A stretch of DNA of 64,000 bases from Amphiscolops sp. MND2022 (lineage: Eukaryota). Location: contig OZ076414.1 in the NCBI GenBank assembly GCA_964187785.1, positions 48,732,001 to 48,796,000 on the forward strand, written 5' to 3'. Numbering within the stretch: position 1 is the first letter of the stretch; each line of letters starts with the position of its first letter. Positions 46,259 through 58,838 of this stretch are shown piece after piece. A program made the translations under genes and the position numbers. The notes beneath the pieces were generated by a model, which was not told where the DNA came from, made no database searches, and saw nothing but the letters and a program-made list of their open reading frames with translations.

Positions 46259-47879
46259 AAGATAACCAACGACTTCGACAAACATTCTGAATACTGATAT
46301 TTTTGTTTCTTTTCTCTTCATTTTTATCAAGTCATGTAAATTCTAGGTATATTTTGTATATTTGGATCATTGTGAGATTTTCCTGAGCTGTTATTGAAAG
46401 ATAATTCATGTAAGAAGGCGCTAAAATACATGGTTCATTACAAATATTAGTGTAAAACTCTCTATGCTATGAATTCCGTGCTTATTATGCGTCAATATGC
46501 CGTAAATGTTGTGACGTATAAGCGTCAAAAGTCATTTTTAGAATATTTTATATGCGTCATCAAACGTAAACTTGACTCACGCATATGCGGCATTGTACGT
46601 TTTTAACTACAATACAATATACGTTTTTGGATAAACTGCATATGCGGCAATATGCGTTTTTACAATGCATTTATACACTGTTGAGCAGTTCTTATGTTAT
46701 CGTATGTACGTCAACATGCGGTTTTCGCAGTGAAAGTATGAACGAATTGTGCAATATGGATTATGGAGTGTATGTGCTATTGTGCGTTATTGAATGTTGA
46801 TGCTTACATGTTGTATACGCTATCCTGCAGTACAGGGAATACCGCATAAACGTCATTATGCATTTTTAGCTGTACTCTCATCATTTTGAAGTCATGTAGC
46901 GTTTAATTCATCTAATGATACTTGAAACGTATTATACAGCGTCTAGCCTTGTTTTCCTAGGATTTTCACGGTCCCTTGATAATATTTAGGGTGTCATTGT
47001 AGTGTGATTTAAAGGATATAAATAGAATGATGTGATTTTGACGTTATACTGTTTTTAGCTCTTTAAATAATGATACCTGTAAGTGTGATTGTCATCCTTT
47101 TTGTATTTTTTGGAAAACTGAAGGGACCATTCATTCGAATTTTATCTCTCCCATCAAGCAGTTGCTCACTTTTCAACCTGGTCTTTTGAAAGCAGTCTTT
47201 TTGACTAACATTGTTTTATCTCCCGAATTGTCTTTAGATAATTCTTTTGAATAAATTCAAATTCTTCCCCAACAGCCAAAATATCGTTTTCCTTTGAAAA
47301 AGATGGGGAACAAAAGAAGTAGAAGGTCCAGGAGATTGGAGACCCCGTCTCCAGAAAGAGAACTCAATGGAACACAGGTAGAAACATCAACCCAAGGTAA
47401 TATTACTTTGACAAATGCTGAATCTAATACCCATGGAAACCTTGACAATGATGAACTTAGGAACCAATTAATTGAACCTAGCCAATTAAGCAATGAAATA
47501 CAAGCGTGGACTGAGAATTTTGAACAAAAGAACAATGATAGAATAACAAAAATGAGAGAAGAAATGGAGAACAAACTAGATGCAATCCTGAAGGAGATAA
47601 AATCTAATAAAAGTGTATCAACAGTAACAAACAGAAGATCTGAAATGGATGATATACAAAACATACAGCCTTCGGGATCCAAAACTAATAGGTCTATTGG
47701 AGTACACGCATCTCACATCTATAACTCAGACTCAGAAAACGACAATTATCCTCTACAAGCTTCTAAAATGGGAGACCTGAAACATCCTGCTAAACCATTG
47801 TTCAGATGCGAATCTGATGTAGATGTAACTATACATTCGGACGAAGAGTCCGACGCAGAGGAAGTGGAGGATTATCACA
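46215..47879 (+). repeat. Gypsy 3' LTR (1665 bp)
   Basis: TGTCGCAGCC...GATTATCACA, followed by TSD GCCTT. Contains a second copy of the first ~192 gag codons. Confidence 0.95.
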
Positions 47880-47884
47880 GCCTT

Positions 47885-48636
47885 TTATATATACTTTTAC
47901 ATATTTTAGTGTATACCTCTAGCCCAGTTAAATAGTTTGTTTCTGCTTATTCTATATATCAAGGCGCTTGTATGGTGATGGTAAATTTAACCACAAACAT
48001 CCGCCATTTGGTATTTCCTGTATGCTAAAGTAACCAGAGTTAACTCCTACTAAGACACACAGCAACCAAGTAGAGATTCAAACCAGTCGACTTTGCTACT
48101 CAAGTATTGAAGAAAGTGAAAGCTTGGAAGTTTCTCGTAAAATTAATTCAGTTAACTCTGGCTATTGAAGAGCTTTTTTGGAGTTGAACGAGTGATATTA
48201 CATTGTTTCGAAATTCCAACGTCAATTTATTATATTGCATATGGTTGCGATATTTTTGCTTGAGAAAGTTATCGTGGACACAAGGATTGGGATCGATCAA
48301 TTGGTTTAGCAGATCAACAGAAGCTACTCTTCATCAGGACAGCTAAGTTGATTCCTATAGTCACAGTTTAAAGCTACTTTTTGTTTGCGAAACAGAATAA
48401 GTGCAAAGTCAAAGATGCAGTAATTGCTTCACCGACTTCCGAAATTTATTCAAAGTAACGCAAGCAAAAACTTTCATTGAAATTAGTTGCGAATCACCTA
48501 TTGAAGGTTTTTGATTAGTGGTTTTTGCAAGTGCCTTTCCTGGATAAATCAGATATAGAAATTGACCGCAAGTTGTCAACCAGGCCGTCGTAAAGCTTGG
48601 TAAGTGTTTCTGTTAGCTTACCTTGCAGACGCAAAA
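47885..48636 (+). repeat. BEL 5' LTR, right piece
   Basis: Matches 55702-56453 with about 15 substitutions by eye (~98%). Confidence 0.9.
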
Positions 48637-48639
48637 TTT

Positions 48640-48657
48640 TGGTGCCGCGACCCGGGA
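48640..48657 (+). promoter_or_regulatory. BEL primer-binding site (tRNA-Phe/His-like)
   Basis: TGGTGCCGCGACCCGGGA just after the LTR. 16/18 match to the Phe PBS TGGTGCCGAAACCCGGGA. Confidence 0.75.
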
Positions 48658-48733
48658 AAGCACTCTGCAAATTTTACCTATTTGAGAGTTGTAATTATTG
48701 CCTATCAGACCGCTGTGAAAATAGCAAAAGACA

Positions 48734-51700
48734 ATGGCTGAAGGTGGGCTTTATCATCCTCAATTCATGACCGTGTCAAAAAATGGAACTGAAAGAAAAG
48801 TCCCATTTTCGGATTCGTTAAAAAACTCATACACATTGAGCGACTGGATCAATCATGAAAAACGGGTAGTTGACATTGTCTCGACCATTCGAAATATGGA
48901 ACATGACTTGCGAAATATAAAGTCAAACAATCCAGTTCTTTGGATCGATAAGGGCAATTTTTGTTTAAAGTTTTGGGCGTCTAAGGTTGAATTGAAGAAA
49001 GAATTCGAACTGTATCTTCCAATGTTGAAAGAAAAGAACCAATATAATCGCAGAACGGCTCTTAGAAAACTAAATTTGGAATTCGAAGAAAGATTCACAG
49101 AATGGTGTAAAGACCTCCGAAATCTTGGATTTATCGGTAGCCTTCCCCAGAAATTAAAAGATGAAGGAGACTTGCTGAAGTTTTGTAAGTCCATGGATCA
49201 ATTTTCCGAAATGACACGAAACTTGTCCAGTGAATTACATACGATTAACAATTTGATGAAACGAGAAGAAAGGTCAAGTAAAGTGAAGTCATCCATACAA
49301 AAACTTCAAGAATTCAAAACTAAGCTGGACAAGGTTTACGAAAGTGTGTGTAGCCAGCTGAAAACGGAATCAATTGGAGAGTTGTCAATGTTTGAAAAGG
49401 AAATTAGAGAATTCAGTGTGAAAATACAACAAGCGACGACAGATTCATTGAACTATGTCGATCGTTTGAATGAAGTAAAAGATCATTGGAACCAACCAAT
49501 AACTTCAGATGGGTTGGGGGAAACTACCTCAATGAAAGACATTCCAGTGACATCGACTGGCGATGAAGGTAGTCAAACTCGGAATTTGCGCCAAAGTGCA
49601 GACGATACACTGGAAAAAAGTCTGAAATTGCTAAGAGATGTTAACCAATCCACAGTGTTCGATAAAAGTGAAAACCGTACGGAAGTTGCTCCTCGGCAAA
49701 CAGGATCAGCGACTTACAGTGAAGCGACGTTCATTAGTGGACTTCTCACCTTCAAGAACTTTGCACAAAAGTGATACCTGCAAACCGTTGGGCTCAAGAG
49801 TGGGTTTCGAGTTGTCAAGGGTTAGTGAACTACGACGCTCAGAGATGCATGCTAAAGTGCTAGAACAAAAGTCTCAGTTAGAAATTGAGAAAAGGCAGCG
49901 AGAATTGAAACTGGAGAAAACGAAAATGCAAATGGAAATGGAGATGCATCAGAAGCTCCTAGATCTACAAGCGGAAGCTGAAATTGCTGAAATGGAAAGC
50001 AAAAAAGCGCTTGAGCAGCACGAAATGAGACTGCAAATAGAAGAAGCTGAAGGGTCAGTTCGTGCTGTGTCGATTTGTCCCAGCTTGATGTCTCTCACCC
50101 TTGGAGAAGACAAAAACAGTGACATCAGAAGCTGGTTAAAACGAAGTGATGAAAATCTCGAAAAGGGCTTTTCACAACCGAAGGAATCTAGTAGAGAGGT
50201 AGAAATCAAACGTGGATCAAGAAGACTACCTCAGAGATTTCCAGAACACTCTCCTGAGAGAAATCAATGGCTGACTTCGCAACCTCATAGCAGAGGTACC
50301 AGTAAGTCACCTCCGAGAAAAAACACTGCGATCAATTGTTCGAAAACAAAACCTTCACTTCAGCAAGGCAAGGACGAACCGAAGTCAAAACATGAATTCG
50401 CGAATCCCACTTTCAAAGTAGAAAATCCTTTTCCTTCCTTTACCCCAGCAGTACCTCAACAGCAACCTGTACAATTTGTTCAAACAAGTTTACCTAAGTT
50501 AAAATTATCTGACTTTCACGGAGATCCATTGGAATGGCCGGAATGGTCCAGCTTGTTTACAGCAACCATCCATAATGCACCAATCGATGACAATGCAAAA
50601 ATGAGTCATTTGAAAACGCGTCATTTGAAAACTCGTTAAAGGTAAAGCCAAGGCGGCAATTGCTGGTCTTGGGTACTCAGGAATCATGTATAGTGCTGCA
50701 TGGAATGCTTTGGTTACCAATTTCGGACGTCCGCAAACAATTGTGAATGCTCAAATGAAGCAAATACATTTGAGTCCGTTTATCAAGTCGAATGACTCAG
50801 CAGCTATTATAAAGTATGCTCAGTTGATCACTACTTGTGTCAACGTATTGAAACAATTTGGTTTCACTGGAGATTTGTACTCAGAATCAGTCCTCATTTC
50901 AGCTTTGAGAAAGTTACCTCCTGAATAGAAAACAAAATGGTTTTTCCTTGCAAAAAGCAAAAGCTACTATAATGCAGATCTTTGCAAATTTAGCGAGTGG
51001 CTAAATGAAGTTGCCTATGTGCATGATGAAATGATGGTGCAATTCAAAACACCATTTGAGAAAAAAGCCACTGGATCAACCGAAAAGGTTAAGACTTCAA
51101 CATTTGCTGCCAATGACCAAGGTAAACCAACATCAACTTCTATTAAGCAATGTCCATTAAAAGATGGCGAACATAAACTTTGGATGTGCAACAAAGTCAA
51201 ACAGCAAGCTGTCAGCGAAAGATATGAAACGTTGAAAAAGCTGAAACTTTGTTTCTGTTGTCTTAATTCTCACCTGATTAAAGACTGCAAATCAGAACGT
51301 GTCTGCGGTGTGAATGGTTGCACTAAGAAACACAACAGGCTTCTACACTCTGATGCGCAGAAAATAGATAAGGTCACCAATGACAAGAAAACAGAAGACT
51401 CGGTGCCTCAAAGCAGGGCCGGCAGCTCTTCAATGATGTCGACAGGCAATAACGGTTTCTTACAACTGATTCCTATTTCGATAGGTAGTGAAAAACGACG
51501 CGTCGAAACCATTGCGCTCTGTGATACCGGATCCACTGTTTCGTTTGTGGATCAAAGTTTGGTTGATCTTCTCAGGTTGAAAGGTAAAGAGTCCGTAATG
51601 TCCGTTGCTGGCATTCATGGTTTGTCTGATTTGAAAACGCAAATAGTAACAGCCAAAGTGGGTTCCAGCGAAGCAGAAACGGCTGGAGAGACTGTAACGT

Positions 51701-54700
51701 TCTGCAGTCATCCTAACCTAAATGTTGGTGAAAAAGACTATGACTTCAGAAAACTAAAAGAAGAGTACCAATATTTATCTGATCTGCCTAATATTAAAGT
51801 CTCAATGACTGATGTTAAAGTGATTTTCGGACAGGATGCTTATCATTTGATCAGGCCGCCGGAATACAAATCTGGCGAAAGAAATCAACCATGGGCAGTT
51901 AAAACAGCACTGGGTTGGACCATTAGCGGAGCCTTGCCAAAAAAGGAAACAAGTAACATATCGGTTTCTTGCAACCTTTCAGTTGCACCCGACCCACTGG
52001 TAAATCAGATGAAAAAATGGTGGGACATGGAGACATACGCGTCAGTGTGTGATGTCTCTGGTCGATCCAAAGAAGAAAAGAGAGCACTGTCAATTTTAGA
52101 AAGAACAACAAAGCATAACGGTGAACGTTATGAAGTTGGTTTAATGTGGGCTGATGACAATCCCGATCTGCCTAACAAATATTACTCAGCATATCAGCAG
52201 TTCTTGTCGATGGAAAAAAGGTTGGAGAAAGACCTTGAATTGCAAGAAGCTTACAAAGCTACCATTGAGAAGGACTTGGAAAACCATTTTATTCGAAAAC
52301 TGGATCAGGAAGAAGTTTCCAGTACAGAGAATGATATGCAATGGTACTTACCTCATCACCCAGTGAAACATCCACATAAGCCAGGCAAGGTCAGAAGGGT
52401 TTGTAATGCGGCTTCAAAGTTTAGAGGCGTTTCGCTAAATGACAAACTTCTCAGTGGACCTGATTAATTGCGCAACTTAGTGGGAATTGTTTTCAGGTTC
52501 AGAGAGCACCTGATAGCAATCACTGCCGATATAGAATCAATGTTTTTACAAGTAGCAGTTCCGAAAGAAGAATGTAGAGTTCTACGTTTTCTCTGGAGAG
52601 ATAAACCAGAAGATAACATTGGAATTTTCGAGTATAATAGGCATGTGTTCGGAGCAAAGAGTTCCCCAACGTGGACCAATTATGGTTTCCAACAAGGCGG
52701 TAGGGATAACAAAAGGGAGTTTCCTGTAGCAGCCGCTACAATAGACAGAAACTTCTATATGGACGACCTAGTCAAGAGTGTTGATACACCACAAGAGGCC
52801 ATTGAATATTATCAACAGTTAGTGGAAACACTGAAGCGCAGTGGCTTTACTTTAAAGAAATGGGCGAGCAATTGCCCTGAAGTGCTTGAAGTTATCCCCT
52901 CGGAAGACCATCTGGAATCTAATGAATTTACATTGAATGCGGATTCTTCGCCCATCCTAGGTCTCAAATGGACCATAGATTCGGATAGTCTTCAAATCTG
53001 CCGAGGACCAAACAAAGAATGTCCACAAGAAGTAACGCAACGAGTGGTACTATCCTTTGTTTCATCTGTATTTGATCCCCTGGGAATCTTCGCACCGTTT
53101 ACCATGCGAATGAGAATGCTTTTGAAGAGTATTTGGATCCGTTTTGGTCAGTCGTGGGACGAAAATATCAGTGAAGATGATAAACGAATATTCTTAGAGT
53201 GGGTACAAGAAATGCAGACAATTAAGCAGACATCTCTTTCCCGGAAGTATTTTTCCAATATCCCCAAGAACGTGCAGTTACATATTTTCAGTGATGCCTC
53301 TTTGGAAGCAATGTGCATTGTTGCATATTTTCGAGGAGAACTTGAAGATGGCATCGAAGTGTCCTTTGTGTTGGGCAAATGCAGAATAGCTCCTATCAAA
53401 CAGTTGTCTATTCCTCGTCTAGAGCTACAAGCAGCCTTGTATTCTGTGAGGTTGAGAAAGTTGATCATTCAAGAACACGATTTACCTATTAATGGTGTAA
53501 CTCATTGGACAGATTCCGTTACTGTATTGCAATGGTTAAACTCAGCGGACAAAAAGCAGAATGTCTTTGTTGCCAATAGAGCAGCTGAAATTCTGGAAAA
53601 CTCCACCATTGACGAATGGAAACATATCCGAAGCGAGTTGAATCCATCTGACATTGGAACTCGTGGGATAACTATTGAAAAGTTATCTGAAAGCGAATGG
53701 TTAACCGGACCTTCTTGGTTGAAAGACCAGCCTGAGGATTGGCCGTTAACTTTGCATCCAATTCACGTGATTTCTGATGATCATGCTGAAGTTGCAGTAA
53801 TTGCGAACACAAGTATGACTCAGGAGCCACCTGTTGATTGGAAAAAATTTAGTAGTTTCTCGAAATGCGTCCGTGTTATCGCGTTTTGTTTGCGGTTGAA
53901 GTATAAAAGTCAATCTAAAGTTTTACTTGTTGAAGAATTGAATCGAGCAGAAGAAAGAGTTTTGAAAATGATTCAGAAAGAATCTTTCCCGGACCTTTTT
54001 GATGAAAAGGAAAGTTTCGGTAAAACTAAAAATGGCGGAAATCTATCAAAATTTGCACCCTTCTTTGATGAAAAAGGAGTTATCAGAAATAGGGGTCGCA
54101 TCAAACATGCCAACTTGAGCTTCGAACAGCGTCACCCAGTATTGTTATCTACTAAACACGACATGGTAATGACCATGTTGCGAGATCTACATTTCGAACA
54201 CAATCATGAAGGTGTAGAGTATGTGAGAAGTGTTATTCAACAAAAATTTTGGATAATCGGGTTACGAAATGCTTTGAGAAGTGTTAAAACTAGTTGTGTG
54301 TTCTGTCGCAAATTACGTGCACAGAATAAAACCCCGTTCATGGCCGACTTACCCCCAGAGAGACTTGATTATCAGTCATATCCGTTTACCAACGTTGGGG
54401 TGGATTATTTCGGTCCGTTTGAGGTGAAACTATTAAGAAGATTTATGAAACGTTGGTGCTGCTTATTTACATGTTTAACTACCAGAGCAGTACATATCGA
54501 AGTAGTTCGAAGTCTTGACACGGATTCTTGCTTGGTAGCAATCAACAGATTTATTGCTAGACGCGGCAAGCCGACTACTATCATCAGCGATAATGGTATC
54601 AACTTCGTTGGATCAGCAAGAGAGTTGAAGGAGTACATCAACTCATGGAATCAAGATCAAATAACGTCAGAGCTTGCTCAGAAGCACATTATATGGAAGT

Positions 54701-55335
54701 TTAACCCTCCTGGTGCACCCCATTTTGGTGGTGTATGGGAGAGATTAGTTAGAAGTTGCAAAAAGGCAATAGTGGCTATATTGGGTAATCGATCTCTTAC
54801 AGATGAAGTTTTATTGACAACTATGTGCTTAGTGGAACAAACATTAAATGCGCGTCCTATTACTCCAGCAAGCGATGATCCTGAAGATCTCGAAGCACTT
54901 ACACCGAACCATTTTATTATTGGTCTAGCGAATGTTTGCATTTCCTTTATTCCAAACGCAGAGGTTTATGCTAACCATAGAAAGATGTTTAGATCAAGCC
55001 AAGCTTATGCAGACATGATTTGGAACAGATGGGTGAAAGAATACCTTCCACAGAACAATGTAAGAGCACTATGGAACAAGTCAGAGCCAAATATTCAAGT
55101 TGGAGATCTTGTTTGGCTGATAGACGACAATGTTAGAAGGTCTCACTACAAGCTGGCGCGAGTCATGGAAATATTCCCTGGAAAAGATGGTATTGTGAGA
55201 TCAGCACTAATCAAAACTGTCGATGGAACCCTGAAACGACCTGTGGTTAAACTGGCGCCACTTTTTGAAAAGCGTTTTCGAGCTGAAAACGGGGCCGGCA
55301 TTGTTGGCGCCTCAAAATTTGTTCCGAAAAATTGA
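48734..55335 (+). pseudogene. BEL/Pao gag-pol polyprotein, broken into five ORFs
   Basis: Gag LPKLKLSDFHGDPLEWPEW and three Cys/His knuckles; protease LCDTGS; RT FYMDD; RNase H FSDAS; integrase DYFGP/SDNG/WERLV. Lesions: frameshift ~49760, 15-bp duplication plus frameshift at 50605-50635, and stops at 50926-50928 and 52465-52467. Confidence 0.95.
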
Positions 55336-56453
55336 AGGAAAAATAAGTCGAGTTAGCCAGTTTCAAAATGCTGTAAAAATGTGTATAATTGAATTTGAGT
55401 GCTAGTTTTCGCCCAATCGACATATTTTGACCCAAATGAGAGATTTAAACTATAAAATCGAAAATCGAAGCCAAAAAATTTTCAATTCCCCTCTTACGTC
55501 CCATTTTGGATTCCTTTTTCAAAGTCAGTGTATATTTGGACTTTATTCTTTGTTTATCGTATTTAACTTGATATGAACTCCATATTTGGGCTACGTGGGT
55601 GTCTCTAGGACCCATGAGGACTATTTGTCAACTTCACTGAGTATTTCACAGCAAATAACATGTGTAAATGTATGCCTTAATCTTGCTTAAATGTATGCCT
55701 TTTATATATACTTTTAGATATTTTGGTGTATACCTCTAGCCCAGTTAAATAGTTTGTTTCTGCTTATTCTATATATCAAGGCGCTTGTATGGTGATGGTA
55801 AATTTAACCACAAACATCCGCCATTTGGTATTTCCTGTATGCTAAAGTAACCAGAGTTAACTCCTACTAAGACACACAGCAACCAAGTAGAGATTCAAAT
55901 CAGTCGACTTTGCTACTCAAGTATTGAAGAAAGTGAAAGCTTGGAAGTTTCTCGTACAATTAATTCAGTTAACTCTGGCTATTGAAGAGCTTTTTTGGAG
56001 TTGAACGAGTGATATTACATTGTTTCGAAATTCCAACGTCAATTTATTATATTGCATATGGTTGCGATATTTTTGCTTGAGAAAGTTATCGTGGACACAA
56101 GGATTGGGATCGATCAATTGGTTTAGCAGATCAACAGAAGCTACTCTTCATCAGGACAGCTAAGTTGATTCCTATAGTCACAGTTTAAAGCTACTTTATG
56201 TTTGCGAAACAGAATAAGTGCAAAGTCAAAGATGCAGTAATTGCTTCACCGACTTCCGAAACTTATTCAAAGTAACGCAAGCAAAAATTTTCATTGAAAT
56301 TAGTTGCGAATCACCTATTGAAAGTTCTTGATTAGTGGTTTTTGCAAGTGCCTTTCCTGGACTAATCAGATATAGAAATTGTCCGCAAGTTGTCAACCAG
56401 GCCGTCGTAAAGCTTGGTTAGTGTTTCTGTTATTTTACCTTGCAGACGCAAAA
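55302..56453 (+). repeat. BEL 3' LTR
   Basis: Starts TGTTGGCGCC right after the PPT-like GAAAACGGGGCCGGCA (55285-55300). The pol ORF runs into it. Homology with the 5' LTR ends at GCAAAA. Confidence 0.85.
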
Positions 56454-57344
56454 CGTTTGTTAGAAATATGAAACTATTCAACGGCAAACGAACGCGTCAT
56501 GCACTGACTTTGAATATCGAAAGTAGTTTGAAGTTAGAAAAGAGTCTCAAAATCACTACAAAAAAATCGAAAAACCCATATTTTTTACTTTTCAACACAA
56601 TTTTAAAAAATTTCGCGGATTAAACTGAAACAGTTCAACAACCGTTACATTCGTTGTCCAGTAGGTCTTTCAAAAAAAAGTAAATTCCCCTTTCCTTGGA
56701 GAAATATCCCTCAGTTTGACCACAAAAACTGAAAAAGTCCGAAAGTTTTCCAATTTAGGTTGTCTTTTATGCAATTTTTGTACAGTTTTTACAAACTTTC
56801 ATTCTTAAAAAAGTTGAAAACAATCGAAAATGAACAAAAAAGCTGTAAAGTAAGACGTTTTGCAAGAAGAGCTGCAGTATTTTGCTTCAAAACACTTCAT
56901 TGTTACCTCGAAAAGTAGAAAAAAAATCAAAGTTTAACAAAAAATGTTATACTTTTATAAACGTTTTGGAGCAAATTTTGTGAAAGCGTTGAAACGTTTT
57001 GTTGATAAGAAAAAAATTTTAAGAGCAAATAAAAGCAGTAGAGAAGATTTTTGAAAATCAAATACATTTTCACGTTAGAGAAGAGCCTCAAGATCACCAC
57101 AAAGGATCGCCAACTCAATGTTTTTTCACAATTTTTTGCAAACTTTAGGACCTAATTGATGAGATTTTATGAGTTGAATTCGGTTGAAAACTATAAAAAG
57201 AAAAATGAGCCATAAAAAAGTCAGAAAGAAGTCAAAAGTCATTAAACTTCATTCACACGGTTGGCCCCCGACGTTTCAAAGAACTCTAAATAGTTAACTC
57301 AGGTGTGAGTGCGATTTTGAAAGAAATTTGCTATTTGAATGTAG

Positions 57345-57526
57345 AACAAGACGGGACGTCTAAAGTCGGCGCTATATTTTGTGGGCGTTTCCGCTTGCTG
57401 GTCCCGTAGTTTAGTAGTTCTGTAGAAAAAGTGTCCACTATACATTCTGTGGCTGACAAAAAAAAAGAAAAAAAACTTGCCACTGTAATAGTCGGGCTCA
57501 TTTTGATAAAATGCGCCGACTAAAAA
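57345..57526 (-). mobile_element. Short HINE/Helentron-like element, same family as 5937-6715
   Basis: SubTIRs AGTCGGCGC (57364-57372) and GCGCCGACT (57513-57521). Hairpin TAGTCGG...CCGACTA. Terminal AACAAGACGGGAC. Confidence 0.7.
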
Positions 57527-58051
57527 TACCTCAGACTGACACAAAGTATTTCAAATGTAAGAAAAACGTCAAGTTTTGAATGTTTCATGCATTTTTTGTA
57601 CACCTAGAGAGAGTTTTTCGTTAGATAGACTTAAGTTGTAATAGTGTAGCTCGATAGAGCAAAGTTTAAATTGTCTGCATATCTTGTTTCCACAACATAT
57701 CTATTAGGTTTTTAGTGTCTTCTTGAAGCAAGCGACTCTGTATAAAGTGGGATAAATTTATTCAAAAGGTGTCGAAACGTTCTTCTTGAAACTTCTATGC
57801 ATTTTCATGATGCATTGGCTTCTCTTGAGCCTCAATTTATATCGTTGCTGGACCAGTTTCGACGGAAAATATCCTGTTCGTCAGCGGGCGTCTTGTTCAA
57901 ACGATTTTCCCAGCGGAAGCAATGTGGTGTCGGATAATTCCAATGTAAACTTTTTTGGATTTGTGGGCGTTTTCGAAGGAATAAAGAAAAAAGCGCTTCC
58001 GAATTTGTTTGTAGAATGTTTGCGCCTTCTGAGGCAATGCGCACGTGATAA

Positions 58052-58838
58052 CCCGGGTTTCCCTCCCATACAATAGCAGAATGGCCATACTCTGGACCGT
58101 ATGTGGTCACGCGTATGATCTGCATGGAACCATAAACCTTTATGGCCCATAGTATGGTCAGCCTGGAGCCATAAAAAATTAGGATAACGTAGTAAATCAA
58201 CGCATAAAGTGATTAAATTACTAAATATTCCTCAGCCAAAGTACCAATACAATCACCAAGCTGAAAACAAAGTAGCAATCATTAATTTTTGGCAGCTTTC
58301 GGTTAATAATTGGTACTTTTTCTCGATAGAATCAAAAATCACACTGCAAAGTGGGTACTGCTATAACAAAGGTGTTAGGTATTAGCTAAGGAGTGGCTGA
58401 GAACGAATTGAGTGTCTATAGTTTGTCTTTAACTCCGCTAAGAGTTTATCGGAGTTCTGACCTGCAATGTATCGTCCGCGGATACAAAACGTCGAATGTG
58501 GCTCTATTGCCTTCAGCCTATAAAGCTGGCGGTTCTCAATTTTGAAAATTTTTGTTCAAGCTGCACGTCACGTCAACCCGCGTATGGAAGAAAATTCATG
58601 ATTTCAGTTTGATCATAATCTGGGCCATCTATGATTGCAGACTGGACCATTTATGGTTTCAGACTGGACCATTTATGGTTTCAGACTGAACCATAGAAGT
58701 TTATGGTTCCTGGTTGACCATACTCTGAATCATATATGATTCCAGATTGATCATGTTAAGATAATAGAAAAAAAATTGTATGATTTGTATGGTACCATAT
58801 ATGATCAGAGTATGATCAACCTGGTCGGGAAACCCGGG
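58052..58838. mobile_element. Non-autonomous CMC/EnSpm-like element (2-bp TSD AA)
   Basis: TIR CCCGGGTTTCCCTCCCA vs CCCGGGTTTCCCGACCA (15/17). AA on both flanks. Subterminal CCATA/TATGG arrays and a 22-bp tandem repeat at ~58638-58695. Confidence 0.78.

Larger units (their letters stand above)
31100..47879 (+). mobile_element. Gypsy/Metaviridae LTR retrotransposon, 16,780 bp, with extra genes
   Basis: TG...CA ends. 5-bp TSD GCCTT at 31095-31099 and 47880-47884, and a single GCCTT at the same site of the uninterrupted BEL 3' LTR. Domain order PR-RT-RH-IN. Confidence 0.97.
30714..56453 (+). mobile_element. BEL/Pao LTR retrotransposon, decayed, with its 5' LTR split by a Gypsy insertion
   Basis: 30714-31099 plus 47885-48636 together match the 3' LTR at 55316-56453. 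PBS, gag-pol remnants and PPT are present. No flanking TSD found. Confidence 0.9.

Noticed and set aside
47294-47935. 213-aa ORF as an independent gene or a second Gypsy copy
   Set aside because: It is the LTR-encoded gag N-terminus in the 3' LTR running into the BEL LTR. The TSD GCCTT at 47880 fixes the boundary.
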